Assembly (NCBI GenBank): GCA_964019335.1
Contig: OZ025649.1
Coordinates: forward strand, 936,810-1,000,809
Direction: 5' to 3'
DNA length: 64,000 nucleotides
DNA from: Diplonema japonicum
Lineage: Eukaryota > Protista > Euglenozoa: Diplonemea
In this document: piece by piece, positions 37,896-49,635 of the stretch
Position numbering within the stretch: the first letter of the stretch is position 1
How the letters are laid out: every line of letters begins with the position of its first letter
Notes under the pieces: generated by a model
The model's database searches: none
What the model saw: the letters and a program-made list of their open reading frames with translations, nothing else
What the model was told of the DNA's origin: nothing
Position numbers and translations under genes: made by a program

Positions 37896-38327
37896 ATGAC
37901 CGTCTACGTGTTGACGAGGAGGACTCCTGAGGAGTCGCTGGGAATGGATGTGGGGCGGTGGGCTGGTGGTATGCTCACTATTGATGAGGTATTGAAGGAT
38001 GGCATGGCTGAGCGTGCGGGGATTCCTCCCTTCCGCACACTCCTGAGGGTGGGTGGCGTAAAGGTGTACAACGTGAACAGCCTTCAGGAGGCAGTGCTGC
38101 AGGTGAAGTTTTGCATGTCGTTCGAGGTAGAGGTGAGCAAGGATAGCGACAGGAGTACTGCGAAGCTGCTGAGAAAGCGCCGCAGGTCAGTGACCCCTCC
38201 TTCTGAGAGTTCTGACAGAACCTCTGAGCCTTCCACACCCCTGCTGCCCTTGAAGTGGATGGATGAGTTCAACCCGCGAGATGAATCCACACTTCCTTAC
38301 CAGCCTCCCATGATTTCATGCTGTTAG
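37896..38327 (+). CDS. Small PDZ-like domain protein
   Basis: ESLGMDV..LTIDEVLKDGMAERAGI..LLRVGGVKV. Confidence 0.7.
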   Translation: MTVYVLTRRTPEESLGMDVGRWAGGMLTIDEVLKDGMAERAGIPPFRTLLRVGGVKVYNVNSLQEAVLQVKFCMSFEVEVSKDSDRSTAKLLRKRRRSVTPPSESSDRTSEPSTPLLPLKWMDEFNPRDESTLPYQPPMISCC

Positions 38328-38782
38328 CAGCCTGGTCAAATGGCATCGGTATCTCTGGGTGTTAGCTCACCCAGTAGAGTTTATAAAGCCCACTGAGGTC
38401 GCCAGATACAGTGGTACCTCTGGTAGTTGGCAGCACAGCCGCTACCTATCAGCTCCTGAAGGGAAGCGTGCCCTCAGGTTCGCAAATCAATAATCAAACT
38501 CAAAAAATGTGAATCAATAGACTTAAGAAACCTCTCGAATAAACTTTTGAACTTTTTTTGTAGCTTTCCTAGCAGTAGGTAGCAACTCCCTCTCTTATTA
38601 ACCCTTTTTTTTGTTTTGAACACCTATTATTTTGCATCTCTGCTGTTATAAGCTCTCATCCTCTCCAGACGGATCAAGAGTCGCGGCATGAGATGCTTGG
38701 TTTTTTATATTCTTTTATTTATGTTTTATTTTTTTCTTCTGCTGGCAGCTCACAACATTCTCATCTAGAATTACAGGTACAA

Positions 38783-39556
38783 ATGCATGTTGTTGTGGCG
38801 CGTCATGGCGAGAGGTTTGATTACACTGACACTTCTGCGTGGTTAAGCAGTGATGAAGGGAAGGCGCGGCCCTGGGACCCTCCCCTTACAAAGGTGGGTG
38901 AGGTTCAGGCAGGTGCACTAGGAGCAAGGATAAAGAGAGAGCTCGAGGAAAGGGGCCTTCCGCCAGTGACAAAGGTCGTGTCATCTCCCTTTCAGAGAAC
39001 ACTACAGACGGCGCACCACTGCATCGAAGGGTTGGGAGGTGGTATTGATATAATTTCTGACGTTCGTGTGGTGGAAGCACTCACTGAAAGCTGGTTCCGG
39101 TCGTGGTGTGTACCCGGTTCCACGTGCAGGTGGGGTGGCCCACCTCACTGCTCCGAGGGAGTTCCGGTTAGTCGTGAGAGTCTGCATCCTGCTGCCTTGG
39201 GCGACATCTCAACTTGGTCCCGCGAAGGAGAACTGCTAACGTCAGTGTCCCCATTCGTAAAAGAGGGTGTCCCTCAGGCCACCTTGGGGCATATTGCTTG
39301 GGGTTCTTTTGAGACTATGGATACTTGCAGAGAGCGATCCTTTGATGCAGCATCTTCATACGCCAGCCCCTCAGGTACTACAGTTATTATCACCCACGGT
39401 GCGCCTTTAGCAGGTATTTTCCAGTCTGCAATCGACCCCACTCTTGTGACCGACGAGAGCTGGGGGAAGTATGTTCATATGTTTTTGTATAAGATTGACC
39501 AGGGGAAGTGGTCTGTTATATGTGAGGGCAGCAACCACGCTGCACCTTGTAGTTGA
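38783..39556 (+). CDS. Histidine phosphatase (phosphoglycerate mutase superfamily)
   Basis: VVARHGERFD, DPPLTKVG..QA, SSPFQRTLQTA, IITHG. Confidence 0.9.
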   Translation: MHVVVARHGERFDYTDTSAWLSSDEGKARPWDPPLTKVGEVQAGALGARIKRELEERGLPPVTKVVSSPFQRTLQTAHHCIEGLGGGIDIISDVRVVEALTESWFRSWCVPGSTCRWGGPPHCSEGVPVSRESLHPAALGDISTWSREGELLTSVSPFVKEGVPQATLGHIAWGSFETMDTCRERSFDAASSYASPSGTTVIITHGAPLAGIFQSAIDPTLVTDESWGKYVHMFLYKIDQGKWSVICEGSNHAAPCS

Positions 39557-39618
39557 GTATTATTTTTTGTATTTGTGTTAGTAATTCAGTATCTTTCATT
39601 CAGCAGGTTGGCGCGAAG

Positions 39619-42007
39619 ATGCCGACTGCTGTACACAGTACCCGTGTACCGCCTGCTCCTAGCATGGTGTATCCCGTGTCACCCGGTGGCGGCATGTACT
39701 CCCCGAGTCGGGGTGTTCTTTCATCTAAGCAGTTTGCCCCGGTGTCACCTGACAGAGGTCTGCTCTCCCCTACGAAGCCCGGTTCGCCGCCCTCAGCTGC
39801 ATTGTACTCTCCTCCGGTTGTCTGCGAGAGGAAAGGCCCCAGGATTCGGACCGCGAGGTCTTTATCGCTTGAGCGGGCTTGTGACCCCGGGTCTCCTGCG
39901 CGCGCACATTGCATTGCAGCAGCAGACCAGCCGCCGCAGAACGCTGTTTCTGGGGCGAAACCTGCGCAGGAGAGTAGGCCACCTGCGCAGGAGAGCAAGC
40001 CACCTCCTGCTCCAAGGCAGGGCAGGCTTTGGGGTCAGATTGCGCAGCTTCAGGAGGAGGTAAAAACTATCAAGGATTTCAGCCGTAACCTAGACGGCAA
40101 GCTACAGGAGTTGGGAACAGGTCTAGTTAATAGGTGTGTCTTGCATTTCTATTTTACACGCATAGCAATACGACGGTCGGGAGGAACACAGAAGAGATCC
40201 AAGAGCTCCGTGGGGTCATGACTGCGTCTTTAGACGACCCTGTCAAGCTGTTAGAGGACAGTCATCAGAACGAAGTGGTATGTCTCAGATATCACAGATA
40301 ACGGTTAACAGAGCCTCGTACGAGAGGCGGAGGAGAAGGCGCGGAAGCTGGCTCTTGAGGTGGAAGAGCTGATGCGGTGTGATCGGAATAGAGTGCGCTA
40401 CTCACAGCGCGTGCCTCTTCCGGACCCTGCTACGCTTCCTGGGTATGTTTCGTCCACTTATCTCACTTCCTTAGGTGGTGCCCGGAGACAGATATGCAGT
40501 CCATGTCTGTGTCGTCGGTATCACGGACTAAGAGCTCTATCAGCTCCCGTGCTTCAGATAGGTTGTTGACAATGAACGCAACGCTGCCTTCTATCATCAG
40601 GGAGCCGACCGGCACTTCCTGCAGCTGGCAGAGTACGGCATGTAACACGCCGTGTATGAGCTATTCTTCTGTTTGTGAAACTGAGAGTGTGGTAGCTCCG
40701 CTTAACCCCCGTCCTGCATTGGTCGACCGTGCAACGTCTCCTGGGACCGACACTTCACAGTACACTCCGCGAAGGAGCGTTTCTGTTCAAGTGACGCAAA
40801 GCCTCTCTCCAGTTGAACGTGAAGATACTCACAAGTCTCCTATTGCCCCTGTGGCACCTTCTCCCTCTCCTGTGTCTATACCGTCTAACCCTGCTACCCT
40901 GCGGTGTACGTGTTCAGCGTCAATATCCGACCTACCTGCTTCTGCTGTGTCGGACCCATGTACAGCTGTTTCTCATGCTAGCACCGTACGTACCGCACTC
41001 AGTACGAGGGTTAGCACTGTCCCTAGCATTGCAAGTACGGTATGCACAGCAGCTTCGCGGGAGGTCGGTACAGATAGTGGAACTTCTACTTTTGGCGTTC
41101 CAGCTATTGCTAGCAATCCTGCTGGGTTTCATCAGCATTCGTTGTTGAGACAGCAGTCGTTAACAGCATCAACTCCTGCCAGGAGACAGCTAAACTGCAA
41201 ACAGGCGATCGGCGTTGTTTCTAGTCCTTCTGTTGGTGGGCCGGGTGGAATGAATCGGAATTTTCATGCAAGTACCCCTTCTGTTTTGCAGCTCCCTGTG
41301 TCAGGGCATTCTGCTGATTCACAAGTGTTGCGTGCGTCGCACAAGACCTTTATGCAGCCATCTCACGATGATGAGGTTCTGAGCAGGCCCTCCCGGGATC
41401 CTCCTAACACTGCACTAAGCCATGCTACAGGGACTCACAGCGAGCAGAGTTCTCAGAGCGTTCTTAGCTCTGTGACCCTATCTCAAGGGTTTCGACCTAC
41501 GGACTACACTTCGCTGGGTGACGAGGACCGTACTTCAGGGAAGGTCAGCTGCACTTCGTTGAGCGACGACAGCCGTGCTTCAGGGCAGCAAGGTGCGCAT
41601 CACAGCATAGTGCTTGATGTGAGCAGAGGTGGGTCTTCATCTGCTGGGTATGTGGGTTCTGTGCCCTGCAGCCTGTCAGAGCCCCAGTTCCAAGGTTCTA
41701 GGTACTCGAGCCCTGTGAGAAGCAGCAGTATGTGTAGCATCCGAAGCACGCGGGTTTCAGAGGCTATGAAGGTAGTAGGGCTGGAAGGTATGCAGAGCTT
41801 TAGCAAATCATCCCCTGCAGCTATCATATCTAGTCGGCAGATAAAGTTCGAATCTGCACGCAAGGCCCTCTCTTCTGGTGACAGTGATGCAGCACGTGCA
41901 TTGCTCCTGCAGTGCGCTTCTGACTCCCAGGTATGGCATCACTTCCTACTACGTCCCACCAGGCGATGACACGGTCTTTTAAGGACTCACTAGTGGGCCA
42001 TGTTTAG
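39619..42007 (+). CDS. Hypothetical Ser/Pro/Thr-rich protein with a coiled-coil segment; 5 exons
   Basis: Four short introns (near 40134, 40278, 40443 and 41931-41962) link ORFs 39553, 40360 and 40494; ends SLVGHV* (TAG 42005-42007). Confidence 0.55.
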
Positions 42008-42097
42008 ATTAGATTTTCAGCTTTGTACCTTCTTAACTTGTATTCAAGGCGCGATATCATCTATTCCCGTTATAACCAGCAGTTACACATATGGGAC

Positions 42098-43777
42098 ATG
42101 AGGCCGTCGACAGCACCAGCGGTGCAAGTGCCCAGGGGCATTGCAGAGAATGACAAGGAGCTTTTAAGCATGTTTTTGTCTGAGGACTTCACAACGCTTT
42201 GTTCGGACCCAGCCAGAATTCCTATGAAGGGTGTGCAGATCGAGACTGGAGTCTCTCTAAGACTAGTATGAATCAAGGTCATCCACAACATAAAGGCAGA
42301 GGCGGCTTCTGACAACCCTAACAGCGTGTAGAACTCTTCTGCGCAAGGCTTGGAGTAGCAGTAGAGTGAGGGGGTCATCTGAGAGGGCCTTCCTTATGCT
42401 CGAGTGCGAGCGTTTGAAGGCATGGTCTTTACCAACGAATAACACACCACAGGACTTGGTTGGAGGGCTCGAGAGCAGGGATCCCAACACGCTGACAGAC
42501 GCGTTCTGGGCGCAGGCAGAGGATTCCATGTCCATCGCAAAGGTCCTCAGCAGTAAGTCGCCACACTCTTCGTTTGCCTCGTGTAAGGCGGTAGTCCCGA
42601 GTAGTTTTATTGAGGAATCACAAAGGACGCGTCAACCTTCTCGGTTTATAAGCACAACGCTGACGTGTGCGCAGACTGCGAAGGTGCAGAGGAAGGTACT
42701 GTGCGCATGTGCACACCTAGACGACAGTTCTATTTTGTACACCGGGTGTGCTTCTGGTGAAGTGCTGCAGGTAACACTTCCGTGTGGAAAGAGGGATGTT
42801 AGTGCAATCGAGGTTTTATCCACAAGTCATGTGTATGCCGTGACACATGTTCTGTGCTGCAGGATACGCGAGAGGGACGTGCCCTTCGAGGATGTGTTTG
42901 TCGTGTCTGGAGGTTTTGACAAGACAGTACGGATCATGAATATCACTAAGGGTAGGGTATACAGAGTTCTTCAGTATCACAGAGGGGCCATGTCAGCCAT
43001 GTGCTGCTGGGGCGGCCAGCTCATCACTGCGGGGCACGAGGGTGCGCTATTGGTTTGGGATATCACGAGGCGTACGTGTGAGTCTCTTCTGGCGTGCTCT
43101 GACGAAGGCAGGGTCGTGACCTCCCTACTTGCAGAAGGGCAGTTGCTTGTCATCGGCTACCAGTCGGGTGTCGTGAGGGTATATGTGTCACCAAACGCAG
43201 CGGCACTCAACAGTGCTGAAGGCCCTCCTCCGGTATGCTGTGGTCAACCGTTCATTCAAATCAGCTACGGCTATGTTTCAAGTTCCTTGCATCGGCCCCC
43301 ATTCGGCGGGACATACCGATGCAGTTTCTGCCGCCGTCGAGTGACGGCTTGCGGGGACACAAAGGTGATGTTACTGCAGTCGCACTGCGTGATGACATGT
43401 CGACACTCTTTACAGGTGGCGCTGATACTCATGTCATCAAGTGGATGCTACAGAAGAAGGATCAGGCATGGAAGGTCAAGGCACATGCAGCCTCTGTAAA
43501 TTATGTGCTACCCATAGGCCTTTCTCTTCTGGCCACATCAGCAGATGATGGTTTACTGAAGCTGTGGGATGAAGATAACATGCTCCCTATACGTGTGATG
43601 TCTCCCCACTACAGTGTTGTCACGTGTCTCTTGAGGGTGTCAACCAAGGATGCAGGCATGTCCTTTTCGGAGAAGCGGACGAAACGTGACCCGTGGCCTA
43701 CTGTAATCACCACGTGCGAAGACTGCATCGACACTTGGGTATTTGGGTCGGACCGGCAGCAAGCATTTTATAACTAA
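42098..43777 (+). CDS. WD40-repeat protein; 3 exons (start uncertain)
   Basis: VVSGGFDKTVRIMN, LITAGHEGALLVWD, GHKGDVTAV..LFTGGADTHVIKW, LATSADDGLLKLWD. Introns 42266-42299 and about 43233-43264. Confidence 0.75.
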
Positions 43778-43828
43778 GGTCTAATTAGAATTTTACAAGA
43801 GGTTTTCAGTTATTCAGTTATCACAGTT

Positions 43829-44596
43829 ATGACTAAGAATGTCGGTCACTGTAGCCCCACATCAATCTACGGGTGGCTGGTACAGTTGTGTATTGGCATC
43901 GTAGGGATGAGCAGTATCTTGTTCAAGTGGAGTTTGGAGAAGCCGAGAAGGTCGTTCGGTACACTGCTTCTGGATGTTTCAAAGCAGATCGTAGGTGGGT
44001 TCATCACGCATTTCACAAAGGTGGGGTTCAGCGTCATCATTGACCATATGTCGACGGATTCATGTGATTCGTCGATTTCCTGCTGCGACACCGAGTGCAT
44101 CGCGTATGTAGTGCAGTCGACCTTCCAGGCGGTTTTGGTTATTCCTCCTGCCTTCTTTTTGTTGAAGGGTTTGGTTCATTTGGCGACTAAGAAAGAGTGG
44201 GACTTATTTGTTCCCTTCGGGCACTACGGCAAGCCGTATTGCAAGAAGCGAATTGCAGCACAGCTGGGTATATGGGCGCTAATCATGGGGTTCTGTAATG
44301 CCACGATCGAGGCAGCTTTTTTCATCCCTTTGAGGGATCAGCTGAACGACGCTGGTGAGTTCCTTCTCTCGTGGGTCCGATGCGCCGACCACTCTGCTGA
44401 GCTTTGGATGGTAATCCTTGTCATCCCCATGTTCATCGACACAACGCAGTACCTTGTCTACGACTGCATTATTTCGCACAAGCCCGGCCATGACGACGCG
44501 TCTTCCGTCTGCTCTACCGATCATGTCGATGAGACGAGGTCTCTTCTCACATACAATCATCCCTCCCCACCTGCCGACAATGGGTCCGTCAATTAA
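43829..44596 (+). CDS. STIMATE/TMEM110/YPL162C-family membrane protein
   Basis: KWSLEKPRR....LLDVSKQIVG..HF, C..Y, FGHYGKP, QLGIW, VILVIPMF....QYLVYD..I. Confidence 0.8.
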   Translation: MTKNVGHCSPTSIYGWLVQLCIGIVGMSSILFKWSLEKPRRSFGTLLLDVSKQIVGGFITHFTKVGFSVIIDHMSTDSCDSSISCCDTECIAYVVQSTFQAVLVIPPAFFLLKGLVHLATKKEWDLFVPFGHYGKPYCKKRIAAQLGIWALIMGFCNATIEAAFFIPLRDQLNDAGEFLLSWVRCADHSAELWMVILVIPMFIDTTQYLVYDCIISHKPGHDDASSVCSTDHVDETRSLLTYNHPSPPADNGSVN

Positions 44597-44793
44597 GTGT
44601 AAGCCCGCTCGTGTGTTTTGTCATATCTTTTCCTTGCGAGTTGTTTCTACGGCATGACCGTGCTACGCGTGAGTTCATTCTTTTACCGACTTCAGTTTAT
44701 GATTGGGCCCGGTCCGTTATTTGTGTTAGTTTTTAAGTATTCAGTTGTTTGTTTATTTAGATACTTTGAGTCGGCATCAGGTTTCAGTTCAGG

Positions 44794-46158
44794 ATGGGGG
44801 ATCACGGTTCATCAAAGTATGACAGTATTAGTGAGGCTGCTTGGCTGGCGAAGGTCCATACGCCGTGCCTGCCGCACCCCGAGCTGAGGGCACATCTGAC
44901 AGACGTCGAGTCTGAAGAGGGGTTCGAAGAAGCTTTTGTAGATGTGCTTGTTGAGATCCCAGCAGGACTCAGGAAGGTCATCTCTGGAGGAAGGTGCCTA
45001 AGGCTCAGATCACTCAAAACAGAAAGGTTCTTGAAGCAGTTGTTTCATGGCATCGCAGACCACTCACCTGTCGGCGTCACACTCAAGCCGTACGATCTTA
45101 GCCACGCGCATGTTGTAAGCACTGGTGGGGATGTACTTCTAGTATTTCACGCAAAAGAGTTCCCTAGGGAGTACCGCCATTCTACTGTAGCTCCTGTGCT
45201 GCCAGTTGGCCACTATGACATGGGTGGTGTACACGATCCTCGCCACGGCACGGTGCACTCTGTGAAGGATTTAGACTACCACCTACGGAACTACATCTAC
45301 ATCCTCTCGACAAATACAATCTACTTAGCGGATCCCGCGCACAAGTCATTCCCGTCTGAGCTTCTGTCAAACCAGGAGTTCTGCACACTTGATGAGTGGA
45401 AGCTAGGCACTGTGGTAGGCGATGTTAACTACTTGCAGGGATACGGGGTGCTGATGGCACCTAGGCATGCCTTAAGGTGGCAGACACGAGTGCGCCATGC
45501 TGTAGGCAGGGTCCAGGCGAGGTCTTCGAATGCTACTTCTGAAGAGTTGAGCCTGATGGACGAGTTTTCACAGAGTATTGTGAAGCTGCTGCGAGAGGAC
45601 ACGATCAGCTTGAGTGATTCAATGTCCGAGTTGTTACATTTGTTCAGGACCGCTTCCGAGGAGGATCTAGAGTGTTTGGCAAATGGTGGCAAGGTGTTCG
45701 GGTTTCCAGAGGGTGTGTGTGCCACGTTAGCTTCCTATGCCGAAGATGTGCTTGGGGAGAGGGTGGAGTCAAGGAAGCATGCTGCGACGAAGCACAAGGA
45801 GGAATTGGTTGGGAAGGGCGTTTGTGCCTTTCATGCCGAGGAGTTTCTAGAGTTGACTTCAACGCAGCATGGGTTTTCAGCTTTCCGTGCGATGCAGGTA
45901 CTGGAGGTGGTCCACCCGCGGTACAGATCAGACGAGAACACTATGACCTTCGGTGATAAGTCTTATGATGTCTCGATTGCTTCCACTGCCTGCAGGATGG
46001 TGTACTATGCCGACTCGGCGCTAGAAGCACTTTCGATGCATGAGAGTTCGGGGGTGCCGCTTCATGCGGCATGCGATAGCGTCGTGCAGAGGAAGGAGGA
46101 GTTGACTCGCATGCAGATCAAGAAGCAGCAAGAACAGCAGCTTCGAAGGAATAGTTAG
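44794..46158 (+). CDS. Hypothetical protein, 454 aa
   Basis: Long intronless ORF in the same orientation as the rest of the unit; no family recognised. Confidence 0.7.
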   Translation: MGDHGSSKYDSISEAAWLAKVHTPCLPHPELRAHLTDVESEEGFEEAFVDVLVEIPAGLRKVISGGRCLRLRSLKTERFLKQLFHGIADHSPVGVTLKPYDLSHAHVVSTGGDVLLVFHAKEFPREYRHSTVAPVLPVGHYDMGGVHDPRHGTVHSVKDLDYHLRNYIYILSTNTIYLADPAHKSFPSELLSNQEFCTLDEWKLGTVVGDVNYLQGYGVLMAPRHALRWQTRVRHAVGRVQARSSNATSEELSLMDEFSQSIVKLLREDTISLSDSMSELLHLFRTASEEDLECLANGGKVFGFPEGVCATLASYAEDVLGERVESRKHAATKHKEELVGKGVCAFHAEEFLELTSTQHGFSAFRAMQVLEVVHPRYRSDENTMTFGDKSYDVSIASTACRMVYYADSALEALSMHESSGVPLHAACDSVVQRKEELTRMQIKKQQEQQLRRNS

Positions 46159-46251
46159 ATATTATTGTCAATTCCCTAGCTACAGTTATTTTTTCAGTAT
46201 TGTTTCTGTTTATCGCCCTTCTTTTATTCAGCAGGACAGGAAAGAAGGACA

Positions 46252-47472
46252 ATGAAGCAGAATATTGTTTTTGGCATACTTTATCTGAACATTGTGTTGT
46301 ATGCCTTCTGCTACATGATGCAGCAGCCTGTTCTGCCTGACTTAATTAAGACTTATGTCGGAGAAGGTACCTCTACGGAAGTAGAGTGGGCGAAGCTCCA
46401 GACTGTCTTTGCAGCGCTGCAGATGGTTGGTGTCCTCACGTCTGGGTACATCAGCGATGTCATGGGGGCAAAAACGGTGTTGATTCTATCGCAGGTGGCG
46501 TCTATCTTGGGATATGGGCTACAATGGCACACTGACAGTCTAATGGGTCTGTACGTGAGTAGGATTCCGGGTATCTTTCAGCACGCTTTCATGGGCACAG
46601 CTGCTTACATCACAGACGTCACGCCTGCTGCATCAAGATCACAAATGCTTGGCTATATTCAGCTTGCTTATGGCGTAGGCATGGTTGTGGGGCCACTCAC
46701 GGGCGGCTACTTCAGCGATGTTGACCTCAGCTTGTGCTCTTTTACCGCGACAATTGTTTCCTGCTTTGCGCTAGTCCTTATTTTGATGCTTCCAAACACT
46801 AAAGCAGGAATCCAAGACAAGACAAAGCCTGACAGCTCCATCTCTGAGTGCCTAAAGGTCCTTGCGATTCCTGAGGTAAGGCATGTCACCTTCATGAAGG
46901 TCTTTGCTGCGTTAGCGATGTCCACGTGGCAGTCAACATTTGTTGTTGCTGCTGAGAACTTTGGATTTGGTTCTAAGGAGCGCGGATATGTAATGGTGTA
47001 CATGTCCGTGATAGGGATGGTGTTTATTGGTGTTGGTTCTATTAAGCGTCTAGAGGCACTTTTTTCGATAAATGAGTTGAACATTTTGACAGGTTGCTTA
47101 TTAGCAGCGGCTTATATTATTGTGCCTTCGTCAGCTTGGGTCACAGGCCACGTAGCGCTGCCATACGATATTAAGGTTCCCCTGTCTGTAGTTATGCTTG
47201 TGGTACTTCTCATTCCCATTGTCGGTGGGACTGCAGTGCTTCGCTCCACTATCCCGTCCCTTTTTACGCGCTCTGTTGACAGCTCGAAGAGTGGTTTAGT
47301 CCTGGGTGTAGACATGTCACTTGGCTCGTTGGCTGGTCTCGTTTCACCTTCATTTGGAGCAGCTGTCTACTCTTACTTCGGGTTCCAAGGGCTAGGGTTG
47401 TCATGCTCTCTTCTTGTACTTGCGATGTCTTTGACGTCTTACTTAGACTTGGGCAAGGCTAAGAGGGACTAG
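46252..47472 (+). CDS. MFS transporter, SLC22A18/TetA (DHA1)-like
   Basis: GYISDVMGAK motif A, SRIPGIFQH, AYITDVT..R..LG..YGVGMVVGPLTGG; 12 TM segments. Confidence 0.9.
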   Translation: MKQNIVFGILYLNIVLYAFCYMMQQPVLPDLIKTYVGEGTSTEVEWAKLQTVFAALQMVGVLTSGYISDVMGAKTVLILSQVASILGYGLQWHTDSLMGLYVSRIPGIFQHAFMGTAAYITDVTPAASRSQMLGYIQLAYGVGMVVGPLTGGYFSDVDLSLCSFTATIVSCFALVLILMLPNTKAGIQDKTKPDSSISECLKVLAIPEVRHVTFMKVFAALAMSTWQSTFVVAAENFGFGSKERGYVMVYMSVIGMVFIGVGSIKRLEALFSINELNILTGCLLAAAYIIVPSSAWVTGHVALPYDIKVPLSVVMLVVLLIPIVGGTAVLRSTIPSLFTRSVDSSKSGLVLGVDMSLGSLAGLVSPSFGAAVYSYFGFQGLGLSCSLLVLAMSLTSYLDLGKAKRD

Positions 47473-47722
47473 AAACGCTGTAGGGATACACCTTTTCTTC
47501 GTCAGAGGTCATTCTAGAAGTCACAGAGGCCGCAGCGAAGGCTCATGACTCTTCAGTGACGAGGTGGACGATTTTAGGTTACATTTTTTTCTGCACTTTG
47601 AATTTTTTTTAAGGCGATCCTGTCATATACTGCAGGTTCCCTACAGAGACACCTTTTTTGCGAATTATTATGCTTCATTTCTTATTCATCTGTTTAAACT
47701 ATCCGAAGCTTAGAAAAGAAAT

Positions 47723-49242
47723 ATGGGACGTGAGGCAGGTGCCGTAGCCCGGTGGACTGCTCTAGATGAGCATGGGAACAGTAATTCACGGCATCAGCCA
47801 TATCCGCAGAAGGATCTGGTCACGAGGGTGAAGAACATGCAACGGACAGACGCCATGTTTCGGGAGGCGTGGGACCAGCACTGCGACGTCGCAGGAACGG
47901 GTCTTAAGGACCCCGCGAAATATGACGAAGCGTTCCTGCAGGAGGCTCTTGACAAGCTGCCGAAGAGCAATGCAAACAAGACAAGTAAGAGTACCTCGGA
48001 CCTCAGCGAGACCATCAATAGCACCCTCAACAATATCAGTGGCGCTATACCTCAGATCACTCCTGCAGCAATCCAGCTGGCAGCAGGAGTACTCTCCGGT
48101 CAGGGGCAGAGCGCAGATATCAATCAACTGGCAGTGCTGGCAGGCTTACTTAGTGCTGCAAACGCCGGAGGCAGCAGTGGGGGTGCTTCAAGCGACGCGG
48201 CTGTTACAGACGATCAGAAAGCTGCGAGGCCTAAGGCGGTGAAGGTTTGCGACACGTTAAAGAAGTTTGGCCAGAGTATGTCCTTTGCTAGTACTTCATG
48301 TACACCATAGGTTATGCGATTGAGTTTTATGCCTTGCGGAGGCTCCAGGAACACTCCCAGAGTGTGAGGCACGAGGTCATGATGGGTGTGAAGGCGAATA
48401 CAGACCCTAACGTTTCGAACACTCAGTTGGTCATGAAGCTTTGCAAGCAGGTGGAGAATGGAAGACCTCTCAAGAATACTGAAAAGAAGAATGTCCCATA
48501 CTGCCCTCAGGCATCTTCGACAGACGTGCGGCAGTGCAGAAAGGGACATAAGCTGGAGCCGAAGAATTATTACAAAGAGAAGTGCGAGATTTGTTTAAAG
48601 GTATTTTCCGCACTTTATCCACTGCCTGCAGAATGATGGGATATGGGAATGCGACCTGTGTAGGTACTTTATCTGCACGGAGTGCATCGAGCAACGGCAG
48701 ATCAAGGAGGTATGTCCACTGGTAAGCACTTTCATTCATTATAGATGGTCATTACTCCTGCGCTAGTAGGGCTTCTGATCGGTACGGGGGGAAGCAATCT
48801 TAAGAGGCTTCAGAAGAAGGTGGTTGGCGCTGTATTTAGAATCCCAAAGAAGGAGGTAGATACCTATGTGTTTTTGTAACGTTTTCAATTATAGGAGCTT
48901 CCAGAAACGCCTGTGCGAGTGATAGGCAAGCCTGATGATCTGCACAAGGCCTTCGCGGCTATGAACGAGATGATCGCTCAGTTTGGTGAGGGTGTCGGCA
49001 TCGGGGCCCCAAAGGTATGCTGCTTGATTGTGTAAAGCATCCACCAGCCTGGTTTCGAGTTTCCCATTGGGAGCACCGTTAGGGTGTCGGGGCTGCAAGA
49101 GGCGACTTGTCTGAACAATGAAATGGGGAAGGTAACGGGATATGGCAAGGTGGATCAGACTGGTCGCGTGATGGTTGCGTTTCACAACAAGGACCATGGC
49201 GAGAGGCTTCTTAAACCGATTAATCTTAGCCATGTGAACTAA
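47723..49242 (+). CDS. RNA-binding protein: N-terminal helical module, C1-like zinc finger, KH domain, C-terminal SH3/KOW-like module; 6 exons
   Basis: CRKGHKL..CEIC..CDLCRYFICTEC; KH VGLLIGTGGSNLKRLQ; GSTVRVSGLQ..LNNEMGKV..LKPINL. The 3' half is absent from the ORF track and is recovered only by splicing. Confidence 0.75.
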
Positions 49243-49308
49243 TTCTTATTTCTAAGTAGACTTGTATTTTCTTTGTCTGCTTTACTTCATCACAGCACAG
49301 GTGGCAAT

Positions 49309-49635
49309 ATGTTGGCGGCAGTACTTCTCATAGTTGTGGTCTCTGGTGCGGCAGGGCTCGAGGCGGTATGACTTTGTTTCCCTCGAAGATCAGCACAGCC
49401 CGTACCTCTGCCCACTCCGACAGGATTGCCGCGGCCGTCACCGACGTTGTCTGTCGGGCTCCACGTAAGCAGGAGCAGGGTGCGTATGCCTCCCGCTGTT
49501 CTAGCAGCTGATGCGCTTTCTAACTGCAGTACAACAGGCCGTGCATATGACACACTCCACGGTCACATTGGGACGGATGGTATTTTTCTGTACTTGTACC
49601 GCTGCATCGGGCATTTTGTGTCCTTCTTCCGGTAG
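49309..49635 (+). CDS. Small putative secreted Pro-rich protein (~98 aa); 2 exons
   Basis: Signal-like MLAAVLLIVVVSGAAG; GTATGA..CACAG intron joins to ORF 49426-49635. Confidence 0.45.

Noticed and set aside
47499-47563. 3' UTR hairpin as a SECIS element
   Set aside because: No RUGA/GA quartet, and the upstream MFS gene has no in-frame TGA.
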